The notes under the pieces: model-generated
What the model was told of the DNA's origin: nothing
The model's database searches: none
What the model saw: the letters and a program-made list of their open reading frames with translations, nothing else
Program-made: the position numbers and the translations under genes
DNA from: Tubulanus polymorphus
Taxonomy: Eukaryota > Animalia > Nemertea
DNA: 64,000 nucleotides
Direction of reading: 5' to 3'
Assembly (NCBI RefSeq): GCF_964204645.1
Contig: NC_134030.1
Location: forward strand, 19,614,210-19,678,209
Shown here: piece by piece, positions 12,652 to 25,818 of the stretch
Numbering within the stretch: position 1 is the stretch's first letter
Layout of the letters: each line of letters begins with the position of its first letter

Positions 12652-12920
12652 TTAACCCTTTCTTCACGTGTGACCCGCAGTTCGGGTCATTTGAAATTAA
12701 ACAAAATTTGGAAGACGCCTATTACATATCTGCCCAGAATACCTTCATTCGAAATCCCACACTCTGGATCCCTCGAGCCAGAATACCCTCATACGTATGT
12801 GTCCAAAATACCTCCGTCCGGAATTTTAAAACAATGTTTCCATCTATAATTCACCAGTATCGACTAAATCAAAATAATGCAGTCGATATTTGTGCATTTT
12901 TTATTTTTTTCAAGTTCTTT
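12652..12920 (+). mobile_element. piggyBac-like element end, truncated at the duplication breakpoint
   Basis: TTAA followed by CCCTTT, then a subterminal TGACCCG..CGGGTCA palindrome. No matching right end was found. Confidence 0.4.
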
Positions 12921-14540
12921 AACAACGCAGTCTCAAATGTTTTGTGACTTTCTCAAAATGTATCAAAAATTTAAGAAATTTTTAGTTCATTAGTCTTCAA
13001 ATATTCATAAATGAACAGTTAAAAATTGTTGAAACATGTCGACTCAGCCGTAAAATCAACCCATTCACAGTCCCGAATGTGGGATCATGCCGGGCTTTAG
13101 AGAACATAATGCCCCCGAGGTCTTCACATTTACAGATTAGATTATGTAAGCGTGTCGCGCGTTACACCGGATAGGCACACAATAGAAATATGAGCCTCAC
13201 GTTCATTTGATCATCTTCTATTAAGAGGACCGCTATTGTGAAAATTGACTGCGGGAGGAATATTCCTCCCAAAGTCAATCGATGGAAACTTGACCAAGGG
13301 GTCTGATATTCAAACAATTGACTTTGGGAGGAATATTCCTCCCTGTAAGGATAAATGTTTCGTTGTTCGTGATATTCAGCATACACCAATGTCCAGTTGA
13401 ATTTGACAATTCAAAGTTATTACAAAAGGAGCAAATTCTAATTTAGCGGCAATTTTTCCCAATTTTTTCCCTAGGCCATTTTTTCCGTTCACCCAAAGAT
13501 TGATATACTTCATTAATACTAAATTAATACTAAAAGTTATCGCACAGGACAAATATATCGCTAGGACGTTCAAATATATTACACTAGCTTTGATTTAAGC
13601 GATTTCAAATTAAAAGTTTTATTATTTTCAATAATTTTCGCATCGCACAGCGAAATATATTATTGATTTACGGGTGCCTCATAGGCCTGTCATCGCTAGT
13701 ACATTGCTCATCATAATGAATTCTCTTTAATTGAGCAATATTTACTTAGGGCTTAATCACTGACTTTCTATAGATAAAGAGCTATACAAAGACTAACCCC
13801 ATAAAATGCAGTGGCTTGTTATTGTCAGCCTGCTTGTATACCAAGCTTCGCTAACATAAACGATAAAGTTGCCCTTTTTACTGAAATCTTGACGTATCAA
13901 ACCTAGATAAATAACACTAAAAAAATTGCTACAATCATTATTTCGCAATCGGAATCTATTCTGATTTGAAAGGCACTTGTTGACATGTGGGGAAAAATTG
14001 AAAATTTTCACAGAAATCAATTTTAAACGATTCCAGTTAGTTTGGACTAAATTTTGCAATACAAACGAAAAAACAGGCCAACAGCAGCAAATCATAACCT
14101 CTTCAATGGGATTTCTAGGGGGATTCCTAACGGGGAATTTCGACCATTCCCATGTAAACGAGCCAGTAACAAAAACCCTTTGGAAATATCAATTATTCGC
14201 ATGTATCAATTTACGCTACTTTTGATAGGACTGCCTAATCAAATATTTCAATGGCAGCTGATGATGTGTGATAGAAATCATGGAGATGACGAGTTGATTG
14301 AGCCCGAGGCGCACAGTCAATAGTAGTTGAATAGAAACTACAAACATAATGCATTTTCTTTAAAATCGTTTCATCTATAGAGATTTATTACAACTTGTCA
14401 ACAGTTTAATTTCTATAATGCAATGACCTGCATAGTTCTATAGTGAATTGATTACAAGGAGTTAATTCAACAAAACAAAGTAAATTGTTCATAATTAGTG
14501 CATTGCCAAGGCCATTATTCAAAATTACAAACTACATCTA

Positions 14541-15301
14541 TGGTTATCGGCAAAAATCATCTGGGAAAAAATACCCTAGGTAACAATCCCCTAGGTTAAA
14601 ATCCTCTCGGTAAAAATCCCCGATTCTTTAGTGTAGGTAGAAATCCCCCTCCTTTTGAATGGATTGTAGATACAATCTTAAGGTCAATTAATTCATATTA
14701 TTGATACATATATCCAATTTATTCATATTTTACTGTGAAACACCATAATGATATCATGAGTATACAAACTATAGTATATACTATTTGAATTAAAACATAC
14801 TACAAAATTAACATTGTTCATTACTACTAAATTGGTAAATAAAGTGATCGCACAGCTTAATGGAAGGGTTCATCGCACATTTCAAATATATTACACTAGC
14901 TTGAATCTAAAATATTTCAAATCAAAAGAACATTATTTCTAATAATTTTTGGCATCGCACAGCTGAAATATACCACAGTTAACAAGAGTCCGCAGTTCAA
15001 AAATACTCCTGTTCGAATCTTTAGATATTACAAATTAAAATTTATTATTCTTATCAATTCTAACAATTTATTTTATGCTAAGAGTTTTACTTAAGAATTT
15101 ATCGCAACGAAAGATTTCATTGCACAGTTCTAACATATTTCAGTCTCATAGCAAATTAATAAAATTGGAGAAACATTTTGCTTTGAAATGTCTTTGAAAA
15201 TCACCGAGTGGGGATTTTTACCTACTTTGAATATTTTGGGTTTTTCCACAGGGGATATTTACCTAAAGGATTTTTACCAGGGAGATTTTTACCTACAACC
15301 A
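14541..15301. mobile_element. MITE with subterminal GGTAAAAATCCC-type repeats
   Basis: Ends TGGTTATCGGCAAAAATC / GATTTTTACCTACAACCA with TA flanks and ~15-bp repeats in mirrored orientation at both ends. A related end (CCTACAACC) lies at ~4303-4384. Confidence 0.6.
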
Positions 15302-17134
15302 TATTCCTATGTATTTTTGAATGGTTGAAGGTTTTTTGAGGGAGATATTTTGGTTCAGATATTCTGGATATGAGACTCATTATCATCTCTAGCTACGGTA
15401 GATACTTTTCTCACTTTGATTATTCGCTTTATTTATTACATATCACGCAAATCCGCATATACGCTTGCATTTATACTGTTAGCAGATATCACAAAGTTTG
15501 CTCATTTTGTAATAATTTTGAAATCGACAAATTTTATTGCAGAGATTCCTCGATATATCACGAGTAATGAAACAGATATCTCATTTAAACGTAGATTTTT
15601 CTTTTATTTTGAAATCCATAGCAAACATTTATAGGAACCTAATGTTATTGAGCATAAAGCTTCTGACCCTCCTTGCATTTATACATCGAGAAATCCAACT
15701 CTAAACTATAAAAGGCTTTTCATCACGGTGTAAGATAGCTTGTGCAAAAGGACGCCACTCAGTCATCACGTAAATTGTGAGAGGTTTTTATACATAATAG
15801 TTCCATGTGCAATTCATATATTGGGATCACAATCGGAAAAGATCTGCTTAAAACACTTTATCACCTTAGGGAGTTTGTGCTTCTTGATTACTCGATTAGC
15901 AGTGACACCGCGGATAAAATTCCCCCTTCAAAATCGCCCTTTCCAATATTTAATTAAAAGCCATTCAAAGCAAGATATTTTCTCAATTCTCTTTGAATTT
16001 AATCATAATTAATAACTTATTCTTAATAGTAATACATGTAAAATCATTAGGAATCTGATTTTATGCACTTCTAGTTGTAAAACGTAGCTGTCGGATCTAC
16101 GAGCAATTATCTCATTAATGATTAATCCTCGTATGTCGGATGGATGGACATATTGGTGTGTACCGGTCAACAGTGTCTGTAATCAAAGATGCCATTTGAT
16201 ATCTGTCGAATTTCTATGAAAGAGTACAAACAGAAATATAAACCGGCCTATACAGGGTACAAATCAGAAGTTAAAACTAGGACAATCGCTAATTTGCAAA
16301 CAAATTGGCTCGAATCAGGGTCCGACTTTAATTGTTTTCATGGCTTACCAAAGAGCGCGCTGATTTTCATGTTCAAATTTATTTCACATTTAAATGCAAA
16401 CCCATTCATTCGATACTAAACAATGCTTGAAGAGACTCTAAAACGAGTCCATACTTAAGCAATGCGAAGTGACTGACTTCCAGAACCAGTTTAAATTAAC
16501 ACGCTAATTTGACTCGGCTTAATTTGACTCAGGTCTGGTCGGACTATTTGGTCGGGCAATTAGGCATGGGTCAATTTGGCGCCCATATCGTTTGTTGTTT
16601 CTTTTCGTCAGATCTCTCCGCCCTACCTTCAACTTATTTTTTATTATCCACGTATTTCAAATTCGATTTCTTCAACTTGTGTTAATTTTATACCCATGAA
16701 AAGCATACTGGTTACAATTTGCAGCAGTGCGCTATATAATGATGAGTAATATTGATTATTAATATCAATATCAAATGTGAATTCGCAGTTGAAACATAAT
16801 TGATATAACAATATAATTTGATGTAGACCTCCCAGCGTGAATCAATCAAGAAAAAAATTTAACTAGTCGTCTCAGATCAAAACAAGAAAAAGGAAGATGC
16901 ATTCTAACAACTGATTGCGATGTGAAGACTATATTAGGCTCATTATTAGAACCTGTACTACAGCTATTTAACTTTCTAAAATTATTTGTCGCAGACCCTC
17001 AAATACAGTGTATATTAATAATCAAATTGCCTAAATCTGGTTTCGTCGCTATAGTATACTATTCATTAAAAACAATTACATCAATATCATTTATGTAGAC
17101 CTATCATTCTAAAAGCTCAGGTTTTTAGCGTTAG

Positions 17135-17380
17135 AGGTTTGGACGAATATTCATCCCAAAGTCAATATTTCGAATATCAGACCTAGGTCCATTTTCCTTC
17201 GTTTGACAGTCGGAAGAATATTCCTCCCGAAGTCGATACTTTGAATATCAGAACTGAAGGTCAAATTCTCTTCGTTTGACCTTGGGAGGAATATTCCTCC
17301 CAAAGTCAATTGTTTGAATATCAGACCCCTTGGTCAAGTTTCCATCGATTGACTTTGGGAGGAATATTCCTCCCGCAGTC
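17135..17380. repeat. Four ~71-73-bp tandem units, each centred on the palindrome GACTTTGGGAGGAATATTCCTCCCAAAGTC
   Basis: GAATATTC cores at ~17145, 17216, 17289 and 17362. Two units are mirrored at 13247-13343. Confidence 0.85.
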
Positions 17381-18296
17381 AATTTTCACAATAGCGGTCC
17401 TCTTAATAGAAGATGATCAAATGAACGTGAGGCTCATATTTCTATTGTGTGCCTATCCGGTGTAACGCGCGACACGCTTACATAATCTTATCTGTAAATG
17501 TGAAGACCTCGGGGGCATTATGTTCTCTAAAGCCCGACATTATCCCACATTCGGGACTGTGAATGGGTTGATTTTACGGCTGAGTCGACATGTTTCAATG
17601 TGATTGTTCTTTGTTAGGCCTGATCATTTTTAAGCAGGAAAGTGTCGACGCATAAAACGAACATATTGCAATTCCATGCAGCGATTTATTTTACTCTCAA
17701 ACCCATTACAGGTATTAGATACTACATGCTGACCTCAGTGCCCCCTAATGTTCTTGAGCTAAGTACTGATGCCACGTCTGAAACAATGAAGATTCCAATT
17801 CTAGAAAAACCTTAGAGTAGGAAATTGTGGAGTAAGAAAATCAATCAAACTTGAAGCCTATCGCAGATAAAAAGACGACCGTATCGCCGTTATATAGAAT
17901 AGTTTTATTTTTTTATACCGAACAAAATGCGAATATGAGACAATATTCTAGTGAGAATCATGTTAGACTTGAACGTTGAAGATCCGCCGATTTTGGGAAA
18001 GTCGATGTACGATTAATTGATCATGCGCAGTGCATTGCCCCATAGAAGGGAGCTGCAGGCGTCGACAAAAGAACTTGATTTTCAATGTTCAAATCGAACT
18101 CAATTTGGATCATAAACTGGATCGGATGAATTAATTGGATGAATCCGCATTGGAGTACCGGCACGCAACAGATGGCGCATCAATACACTGGGTTATTGAT
18201 AGCAAAAGTTGGTTCATTTTGATGAGATTGTAACTGGATTTTTGGCTATCAAATCCGAAAATCACCAAACCTATGTACAAGTTATCGAATTATGTA

Positions 18297-18514
18297 TGGT
18301 GGCTGATTCGGGCCATACTAAAAAAATTTTCTGTACGGCTAGAGCAACGATAAAAAAAATTTCACAGTGGCCCTTCTTTGGTTTTCTCGCGCGAGAAAAC
18401 CAAAAGTTTTGAATTCTCGCGCGAGAAAACCAAAAAAAGGGCCACTGTGAAAATGTTTTATCGTTCCTCTAGCCGAACAGAAAATCTTTTTAGTATGGCC
18501 CGAATCAGCCACCA
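18297..18514. mobile_element. Palindromic MITE with TA TSD (Tc1/mariner-like)
   Basis: TA|TGGTGGCTGATTCGGGCCATACTAAAAA ... TTTTTAGTATGGCCCGAATCAGCCACCA|TA; nearly the whole element folds back. Confidence 0.88.
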
Positions 18515-18664
18515 TATATTGATGCATGGAAACCGAGTAACCACTTTCGACACCTAGCGCATCCTCGGTCCTTGCTTGTCACACAAAAGCGTTGCCGGTA
18601 CCCCGATTCAGTGAAGAATTGGTGGAAAGAATGTTAGTGAAGTTCATTTCATCCTTATTCACTT

Positions 18665-20147
18665 CTAACAGTCCTTCGAACAAATAGCCGGTAGTCTTCG
18701 GTTGCAAGCAATATCGTTCCACAAACCTGCCCGTCGCTTCAACTCAACGCAACCTTCATATGAACCGTATTTACCACCATGTCCACTAGGTTCTCCAGGC
18801 GCCCATCTTTCAAAATCCTGCGGTGATATGAATAGATCAAATTTATAATTCCTTCCCCTGCCTCGCCTTAGCCCAGACATAGAACTATAAGCGAAAGGGT
18901 AGGCGAACTCCGTGACGTCACTATACATTTGCCTTTGCTATCTTCGAAATTGATTAGCGCCCTCACCGGTAGCGATAAACAATAGGTTTCCGGAAATTGT
19001 TTCGATTATATTAATCACTGCGAGCATTGGACATTACCCTTTTTCAAGATTTGGTATTAAGACTTAAACAAATTAATAAAGACGCTAAATCGAGAATAGA
19101 GACTGGCAACCAGTCTACAACATCTATTGTTTATCGCCACAAGATTACTAACGGTGCCTGGCGGATATTTTAGGAGTCGGCCTTCCCGTTCGCCTATAGT
19201 TCTATGGCCCAGAGTACTGGTCGGCGTGCTCCCCCTTAGGACCATTAATGTTCAAGGCAAAGTCGAGGAAAATCGAGTTGTAGTGACGTTCACTCAGTAG
19301 GCAGACGTTAAATTTGAACTGATGTCAAGTTATCGTACGTTTAACCACTGGCCGAATGGACTAATCCTATTGGTCTGCCGGTTGGCATATTTGCTATGCG
19401 CGTAATTTCAATGTCAATCGTTACAGCTGTATGTGGGAGTTTTTCCGACTGTCAAGAATTTACCGTAGTGAATTCGAATTCGAATGATGTGGAATTTCTC
19501 TCAAAACCAAGCCAAGCTTTTGAGATGCCAGCGGGTATCAATCCTGAAATAATGTTAATTTTGTGTCAGGCACACTTATATCGCAAGCCCCCTCCTTCCC
19601 CATTCCATAAAACACGATATTTTATAGTTACTATAAGCGACGGTGTTTTCCTCCCTGCTATCGGTCTTGGCCAATTCCGAAGAAGCACAATGCTCGGATC
19701 GCAAGAGATACTCCGCAAAAAACTTGAAGCATTTGTTTTGTCCGGCTTTCGTCCAACCAGCATCACAAACACACGCTGAAACTGTATTGTATAGCAACTT
19801 GTCTCACATTTGCCTTACCTGGGGTAACAAGCCGGCAGTGATTTGTTTCCTTATGGTCAAAGCCCATCCACTGATCCACTCAACCCTTGCTTACGTATGT
19901 TAAATTTCGATTAAACGTACCACAATTGTATATCTATTCTGGTCTCTTCATTCCGAGTCAGAATGATTTGTGACAATGATAGTATTCCTAAAAGTGCATT
20001 CCGAATATCCCGCCTACGCCTCCCCCAAAACGCTGCCTGACAGTCATACTGATATATAACATGCTATATGGCCAACAAAATGAATTTGATATATCTACCT
20101 GTCGTTATAGAACAGACCAGTAACAGAGTCGATATGATCAGCTTCAT
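18665..20147 (-). CDS. Secreted single-domain C-type lectin A (~143 aa, EPS/WND); coding exons 20099-20147, 19632-19781, 19464-19543, 18665-18817
   Basis: GT-AG junctions in phases 1,1,0 give MKLIISTLLLVCSITTVSACVCDAGWTKAGQNKCFKFF...AWLGFERN...DFERWAPGEPSG...GCVELKRRAGLWNDIACNRRLPAICSKDC. Exon structure matches lectin B. Confidence 0.85.
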
Positions 20148-20318
20148 ATTTAAGCAAATAGTTTCCTTTATTTTATACCTGATAAAACAAAGAATAGAAT
20201 GTATATTATTTTACAACTCTTGAATAAGTTTTGCTCGAAGTGCCTTTTGTAATCATCAGAAGGTCGTTGTCGAGAAAGATCTACTTTCAGTGGTTATCGA
20301 GAAATATCATGCTCGCTT

Positions 20319-20624
20319 GTCAAAGGTCCGGTATCGCTCCCAAACTCGCTTCCACCAGACCCCTTGGCCTCACGACGCGTGATTTCATTACTCGCGCTTT
20401 TGCGCATGACTTCATTATATCGATTTGCAAAACACTTTTTTGTTCGGTAAAACGTTCGCTGATTGGTCCATTTCACGGGAATTCCAACAGAAGCCTAATG
20501 TCGTTTGTTACAAGCGCTGTGATTGGTACGACCGGATTCTGGTCGGCCAGTAACGACGCTAACGACTCGTGAGGTCAAGGTGTTCGGGGAACAACTTGAG
20601 CTTAGTGGGTTCGAATCCCTTGAC
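20319..20624. mobile_element. Dispersed MITE-like repeat, also present in the GPCR-array spacers (~58760-59020, ~63055-63315, partial 54541-54608)
   Basis: Shared blocks CTCACGACGCG.GATTTCATTAC, GGAATTCCAACAGAAG, GTTACAAGCGCTGTGATTGGTACG and GTTCGA(A)TCCCTTGAC. Confidence 0.75.
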
Positions 20625-20715
20625 GGGTGAAGAGGGAGAAATGTAGGCATATCAGGAGTGTAATGTATGAAATGTAAATATTCAGCGAGATTGTGAATCA
20701 TTCGGAAAAACTATA

Positions 20716-20975
20716 GCCGCGATCACACGAGCATTTTTGCCAAATTTGGCCCGGAACAACTGTTCACACGGGTGCCAAATGGCTCCGTGTCTGTTTGGCC
20801 CGACCAAAAACGTCGGACCAGGCCTGAGCGACTCAATGTTTGTTAGAGAATTGTTTAGTATTGAGTGAGTGATTTTCGTGAGAACGTGCTCTCTAATTAG
20901 GCACGGGCCAAATTTGGCGCGAGCCTGATCCGTGCCAATTTGGCCCGGATCAAATCGTCTCCGCGTGATCGCGGC
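20716..20975. mobile_element. MITE with Harbinger-like termini
   Basis: GCCGCGATCACACG ... CGCGTGATCGCGGC with TA flanks and internal GCCAAATTTGGC repeats. Confidence 0.75.
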
Positions 20976-21514
20976 TAATGGATAAAGTCATTGGGGATGT
21001 TAGAAATTTATCAATGGGTTTTTACTTTGCATCGAAAACCCGATCCTTTTGGGAAACTACCTACTAAGTTCTCGTAACCATCATTTTGTTTGATACATAA
21101 ATTACATAGAAGAAATAAAAGATCTGCACACGTTATCCAACAGCAAAACGGTACTTCATTTATGGACGGTGTTTTTAGTAAATAATGAGATGGACAGTAT
21201 TCTAAATATACCAATATAAGCAAATACTAATTTTATTTGCAGCAAGGCGGTCGAATTTAGTGGGTAAGAAGTTCGTATCAGTTTGCTTTCCGTGATCAAG
21301 ACCCGGGCGTAATTCTACTGTCACTTCCAAATCGTAATACACTGACCCCAAGAGCAATCGAACTCGATTCTATTTCTATGTTGAGCAGTGAATAAATACA
21401 GATTGATAGATTGAATCAGATTGATATTTCACTTTCGACCACAATGATAACCCGATAGATAGCAAGCGATTCAAAGATTCTTTTTGAAAATCCTACCTTG
21501 TCCGGTCCTTTATT

Positions 21515-21725
21515 TTGCTTACCGTTTGCGGCAGTTAATTTCGCAATATGTTCAATGGTCATTCGGAAATATGATAATATAGGCGTGGTATCGATTTTAT
21601 CTAGCTAGAAAATTGTAACGAGTGCAAACATGAACTAAAATGCTTTTCAGCTGCTTGATTTTAAAAGTTATTACCGGCGCGCGACCCAAACAATAAGCGA
21701 TTTACTTCATTTGTCTCATTTGATA
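21515..21725 (-). promoter_or_regulatory. Putative promoter and non-coding first exon of lectin A
   Basis: Reverse-complement homolog of 24255-24480. Donor AACG|GTAAGC at 21523/21522. Acceptor TTTTATCAG at ~20180, before the ATG exon. Confidence 0.6.
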
Positions 21726-23577
21726 TAATTTCATATTTAGTATTCAATTGCATAGTCTTGGTCTTTTAAAATTGTATCATTGATAAAGAAATGACAGAAG
21801 TTTCAAATACTAGTTTCTTTTGGGGAATTATTCGATTATTGAACGTGTCAATTTACTGCCTGAGATCAGACGTTCATCTTCCCATTTTCCGACATTGATA
21901 CTCTATACCTAACCGTATTCAAAACTACTTACTAATGCTTGTAGTATATTCTAACGGGGTACCCGCAAAATCAACTTTTCCTTTTTTTTCTTCTCTTTTT
22001 TTGTAAAATTAAAAGATATTAAATGTTTTAGACGCCCCATCCATATATTAACACAACACCCCCCCCCCCTCAAAATATACAATACTTTCATTCTTCCACT
22101 CAGATACCGAAATATTTTTCTACAATGATTGATTCATTTAGGAGCATAGTTCATTCAGAATTGAAATGTAGAAGAAATCGAACGCGGACGACCAACTATC
22201 TACTAGCGCACCTGGTGGATCCTCGCCTGCCATACGTGGAATCCTCGATTGCCACAGCAGACATATACAATCTCCGGGATAAATTAACACCGCTTTGAAC
22301 AATGCAAGCCATTTATTTAGCGTTTTCATATCCGTTAAAATTGGTATCGATTGCTTGTGAAAACATGTGTCCTGAACACAAACATCGGCTATTTCAGGTA
22401 CTTAATTCTAGCAAATAAGCCAATTTTACTCGATCATTGGTATATTGCATTCAGTCAGAAAATGGTTCTAATATGGCTTTTCCATGCGTGTATTATCATT
22501 TTTAGTTTATATGATATCAGGCAGGATATTTTAGATGGTGGATGATCAGTTTACGTGTAACATCTAACGCATGATATAGGATCATTTCCACGTATTTATG
22601 AAATATAAGGCATGGTATATATCTTATATTATAGATAATCTTTTACCTAACGTTCCATTATACCCTTTTATCATTCAAAAATATCGTGCTGTAAAATCGT
22701 TTAGATTAGTAGCACTGGACAAAATAAGTGAATGAATTCTCATTTTCCGGTTCGTCCAGTAATTGCTTCCTTGATAATTTCAGATCGAACGGGAAATGTA
22801 AATGATTAATTTGGTACTCATCTTTAATTGTATCTACGTACGGAGTATAGGACATCTACAAACAATGGTTATCTTATGGGAACCGTTCTCGATTAACATA
22901 ATGATTATGATCATTAAAATTCATTCAGTGCATATCGAGAAACTTTGTTTTGAAAACCATTTAAATAGTGAATCTGAAATCCAGTTCACCACCGATGATC
23001 GATTTGAACTTGCTGCCTCATAGTATTTGCTCGAATCAAGTAGGAAAAAGCCTCATCGTATTTGCTTTTGTTGCACATGTTTCCAATAGTCAACCGCATC
23101 GAACGTATATTTGAACGTATATTTCATTTTCATCCTCATGACAAATGCATTTATTTCCAACTGTTGTCGAGTTTAACGTATTCAACAAACCCTAGGCCAT
23201 CAAACTTTGGTCAGGAATTTGCGGACGATTAATCTTTTAAAAGTACGCTGACCAATCCTAACGTCGTATCGTCATCGGGTGCTTGTGCAGGGGTACTCAT
23301 TTGCATGCATTATTTCAGTTTAGAAAGTCTCAGATGCCGATGGAGTCGCGAATATTTCGACGATGAAAAACACAGAAATTGGTACAACAACTCTAACCCT
23401 GGTATCTATTCCCAATCACAACAAAAGTTTTTTAGAAGTGCTTTACGTCCCAACTGCAATGAGTTACAGTGTAAGCCTAGTGCGTCTTAAGAGATGGTCG
23501 GGGCATTTTTATAGGTTGTTATGGCTCGCAAACTAACTAAGTTAGCATAGCTTAGTCCATGTATGTGTCTCGACAGC

Positions 23578-23652
23578 CAACGCCAGAGGTGGTTTCGAAC
23601 TAGGGACCTCTCGGTTCCCAGTCCTCCACTCAACAAACTGAGCTAACTGCAC
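23578..23652 (-). mobile_element. tRNA-derived SINE head
   Basis: On the - strand: A box TAGCTCAGTTTG and B box GTTCGAAAC. The acceptor stem and anticodon arm are imperfect. Confidence 0.6.
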
Positions 23653-24254
23653 AGGACAAAGGTTTTGGCTGAAGTTCTGGACATTTGGCTGAGGGTTGGA
23701 AATTTGTTCCTCTGTCCGGATTATCGATTTCCAAGATGACGTATTTATTTCTTCCTTTGCAGTTCATTCCCAGCTCGTAATGTACGTATCCAGGAGAACG
23801 ATCTGTTTTTGAAAGTGCGGAGCATGATATGTTAGAAATGTCTGTGTGTTTAGTTCATTTCCCTATGGAAATGCTCAAGTCCTGAACACACGTCGAGTAC
23901 GGTGCAGTTGGCAAACTTACGTTTACGAACTTACGTACGAGCATCTGCGGACAACCTTGATTTCTTAAGAGATATACTATACGTATAAATACAATACAAT
24001 TAAAACGTTATCGTCCATATTGCTACCGTTTGGGAGGTGAATGTATTGAAAGTTTGAAGCATCAGGGTTGGAAAAACGGTAAGAATAGAACGTGCGTCAC
24101 AGGCAGCAGATTGACACGTTGAATAGTTGAATGATACCCAAGCCCCCCCCCCCCCAAAAAAAAAAAAACTCACGTTATTTCCTTATCGACGAACGAATTA
24201 TGAAATAGCAAATACAAAACGGATATGCATTTGAATACGAATTATAAAACGACA

Positions 24255-24480
24255 TAAATTGAGTTAAATGAAATAAATCGCTGATTGTTTGGATCACCTA
24301 ACCGCACTCGCTTATAACCTATCATTAAAAAACAGAAAAGCATTTTTGTTCATGTTTGCTTTCAATATATTTGTTTTTCTAAGCAAAATCGATACCGCAC
24401 CAGTTCTATATTATTATTACTATATTTCCGAATGATCATTTAGCGCATTGTGAAATTCACTGCCTGACGCCGTAAGTAAA
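24255..24480 (+). promoter_or_regulatory. Putative promoter and non-coding first exon of lectin B
   Basis: Shares AAATCGCT.ATTGTTTGG, GAAAAGCATTTT.GTTCATGTTTGC, AAAATCGATACC, CTATATTA and ATATTTCCGAATGA with lectin A. Donor GCC|GTAAGT at 24471/24472; acceptor TATTTATCAG ending at 25790. Confidence 0.6.
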
Positions 24481-25049
24481 AAAAACTCTGTTACTGTTAA
24501 AGTTACCGTTTTTCATCAACCAATACGTTTCAGATAGCTTACTCACAGCTATTCACCATATTCTTTTTCTTTAAAAAAAGTTGATTTTGAATTTTCACAT
24601 ATTTCATGCATTCGCCGATTCGGGAAGTTTTTTTTTTTAAGAACTAAATTTACCGAGTTCCCCGATTCTAAATTCGACGAAATATCAACAGTTCAGCTTT
24701 CATCGAGTTCTTTAACGAAGCGACTTTGGTGATGATCTTTTTTTCTGGGGATTTTTTTTAGGTAGCTCAGTATCTAACAGATATTTCGGAAACTTATAAA
24801 GAAAGGATTTTTCAGTAATAAACATCTTTCATCCATATCTTGATTATGTACATGTATATATCTGTTGACTGTCGCTAAGAATTGTTGTGTGGAAATCAGT
24901 TTATGATATTGCACAACTCCGCTATTTTAGTCAATAGAACGTTGTGAGGATACCTACCGTGCCAGAAATTGTCCGTAAAGCGATGAAGAGATGTGACAGT
25001 GAAAATACGGTGTTGTCATATCGCGGAATCACGGAATTTTCCAAAAACA

Positions 25050-25135
25050 CGGAAACCCGCGCACTCACCGGGGTTCGAACCCGGGTCTCGTGCGTAGAAA
25101 GCAAATTACATGGTACCGTCATGGCTATGTAGCTT
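25050..25135 (-). mobile_element. tRNA-derived SINE-like fragment (related copies at ~26520-26590 and ~21245-21315)
   Basis: B-box hairpin CCGGGTTCGAACCCCGG on the - strand. The CACTCACCGGGG.TCGAACCCGGG motif recurs at ~26525. Confidence 0.55.
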
Positions 25136-25818
25136 GTCACGATGAGTAACAGCCGCTTGCAATCTTAGAACTCACGGTTGTGAGATAATTACTATTATGC
25201 CCTCAGGAGGAGTTCCTTCGTTCTAAAACTTATTATTTAGAATATTTACAATATTTAGAATATTTTAACAACACTAAATATCACTGATAATTGTTATAGA
25301 TATTTCATCTATATTTCGTATTTCTATATTGTTTTATGTCTCCATCTTATTACTCATTGTCCTCTGAGACTGTTTGTCTGTGTCAGAATGTGTTAATTGT
25401 TTTTTGTCTCACTGTGATGTCACAACTCGTCACCTTTGTTTTTGTATCATTTTCCATGTCTCAATCTGTCTGAATCTGTGTTATATAAATAGCTATGTGT
25501 AAAAATAAAGTCAGTCCAGTTTTGGTATTCCAAACTGATAGTTCGCTCGTTACTCTTTCGCTCTGTTCCGGATTTCCGACGTCGACCATTCTTCGAGAAT
25601 AGGACTGAAAATAGCTTTGCTAAACTATTCGCGATAGGCCGTAATGTTTTCAGCAGCTGCTGAAAGCATATCCTTTTCGGCAACGATCATTCTTCAATTT
25701 TAGCAAAACGGAATTTTCTAGCAATTGAAACCGCCAAACTTTTTCAAAAGCTAAAACGATTCCGTCCATTATCTCATTGTTATTTATCAGTTATAGATAA
25801 AAGAAAACAGACTTTAAA

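Larger units (their letters stand above)
1..12920. repeat. Segmental duplication copy A (partner 34279-~47162)
   Basis: Collinear ORF pairs at offsets 34271-34281. Homology ends after TTTTTCAAGTTCTTT at ~12920 / ~47162. Confidence 0.97.
13029..17598. mobile_element. Foldback-like non-autonomous element, or two inverted copies of one repeat; ~315-bp inverted repeats at 13029-13343 and 17284-17598
   Basis: The arms are reverse complements with about 3 mismatches seen. No transposase ORF lies between them and no clear TSD was found. Confidence 0.7.

Noticed and set aside
16420-16465. Second hammerhead (TTGAAGA-GACTC...GAGTC-CATAC)
   Set aside because: Both the CTGA and GAAA core motifs are mutated; at most a dead relic.
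17135-17380. CRISPR-like array of palindromic repeats
   Set aside because: The intervening sequences are homologous to each other rather than unique spacers, the context is eukaryotic, and there are no cas genes.
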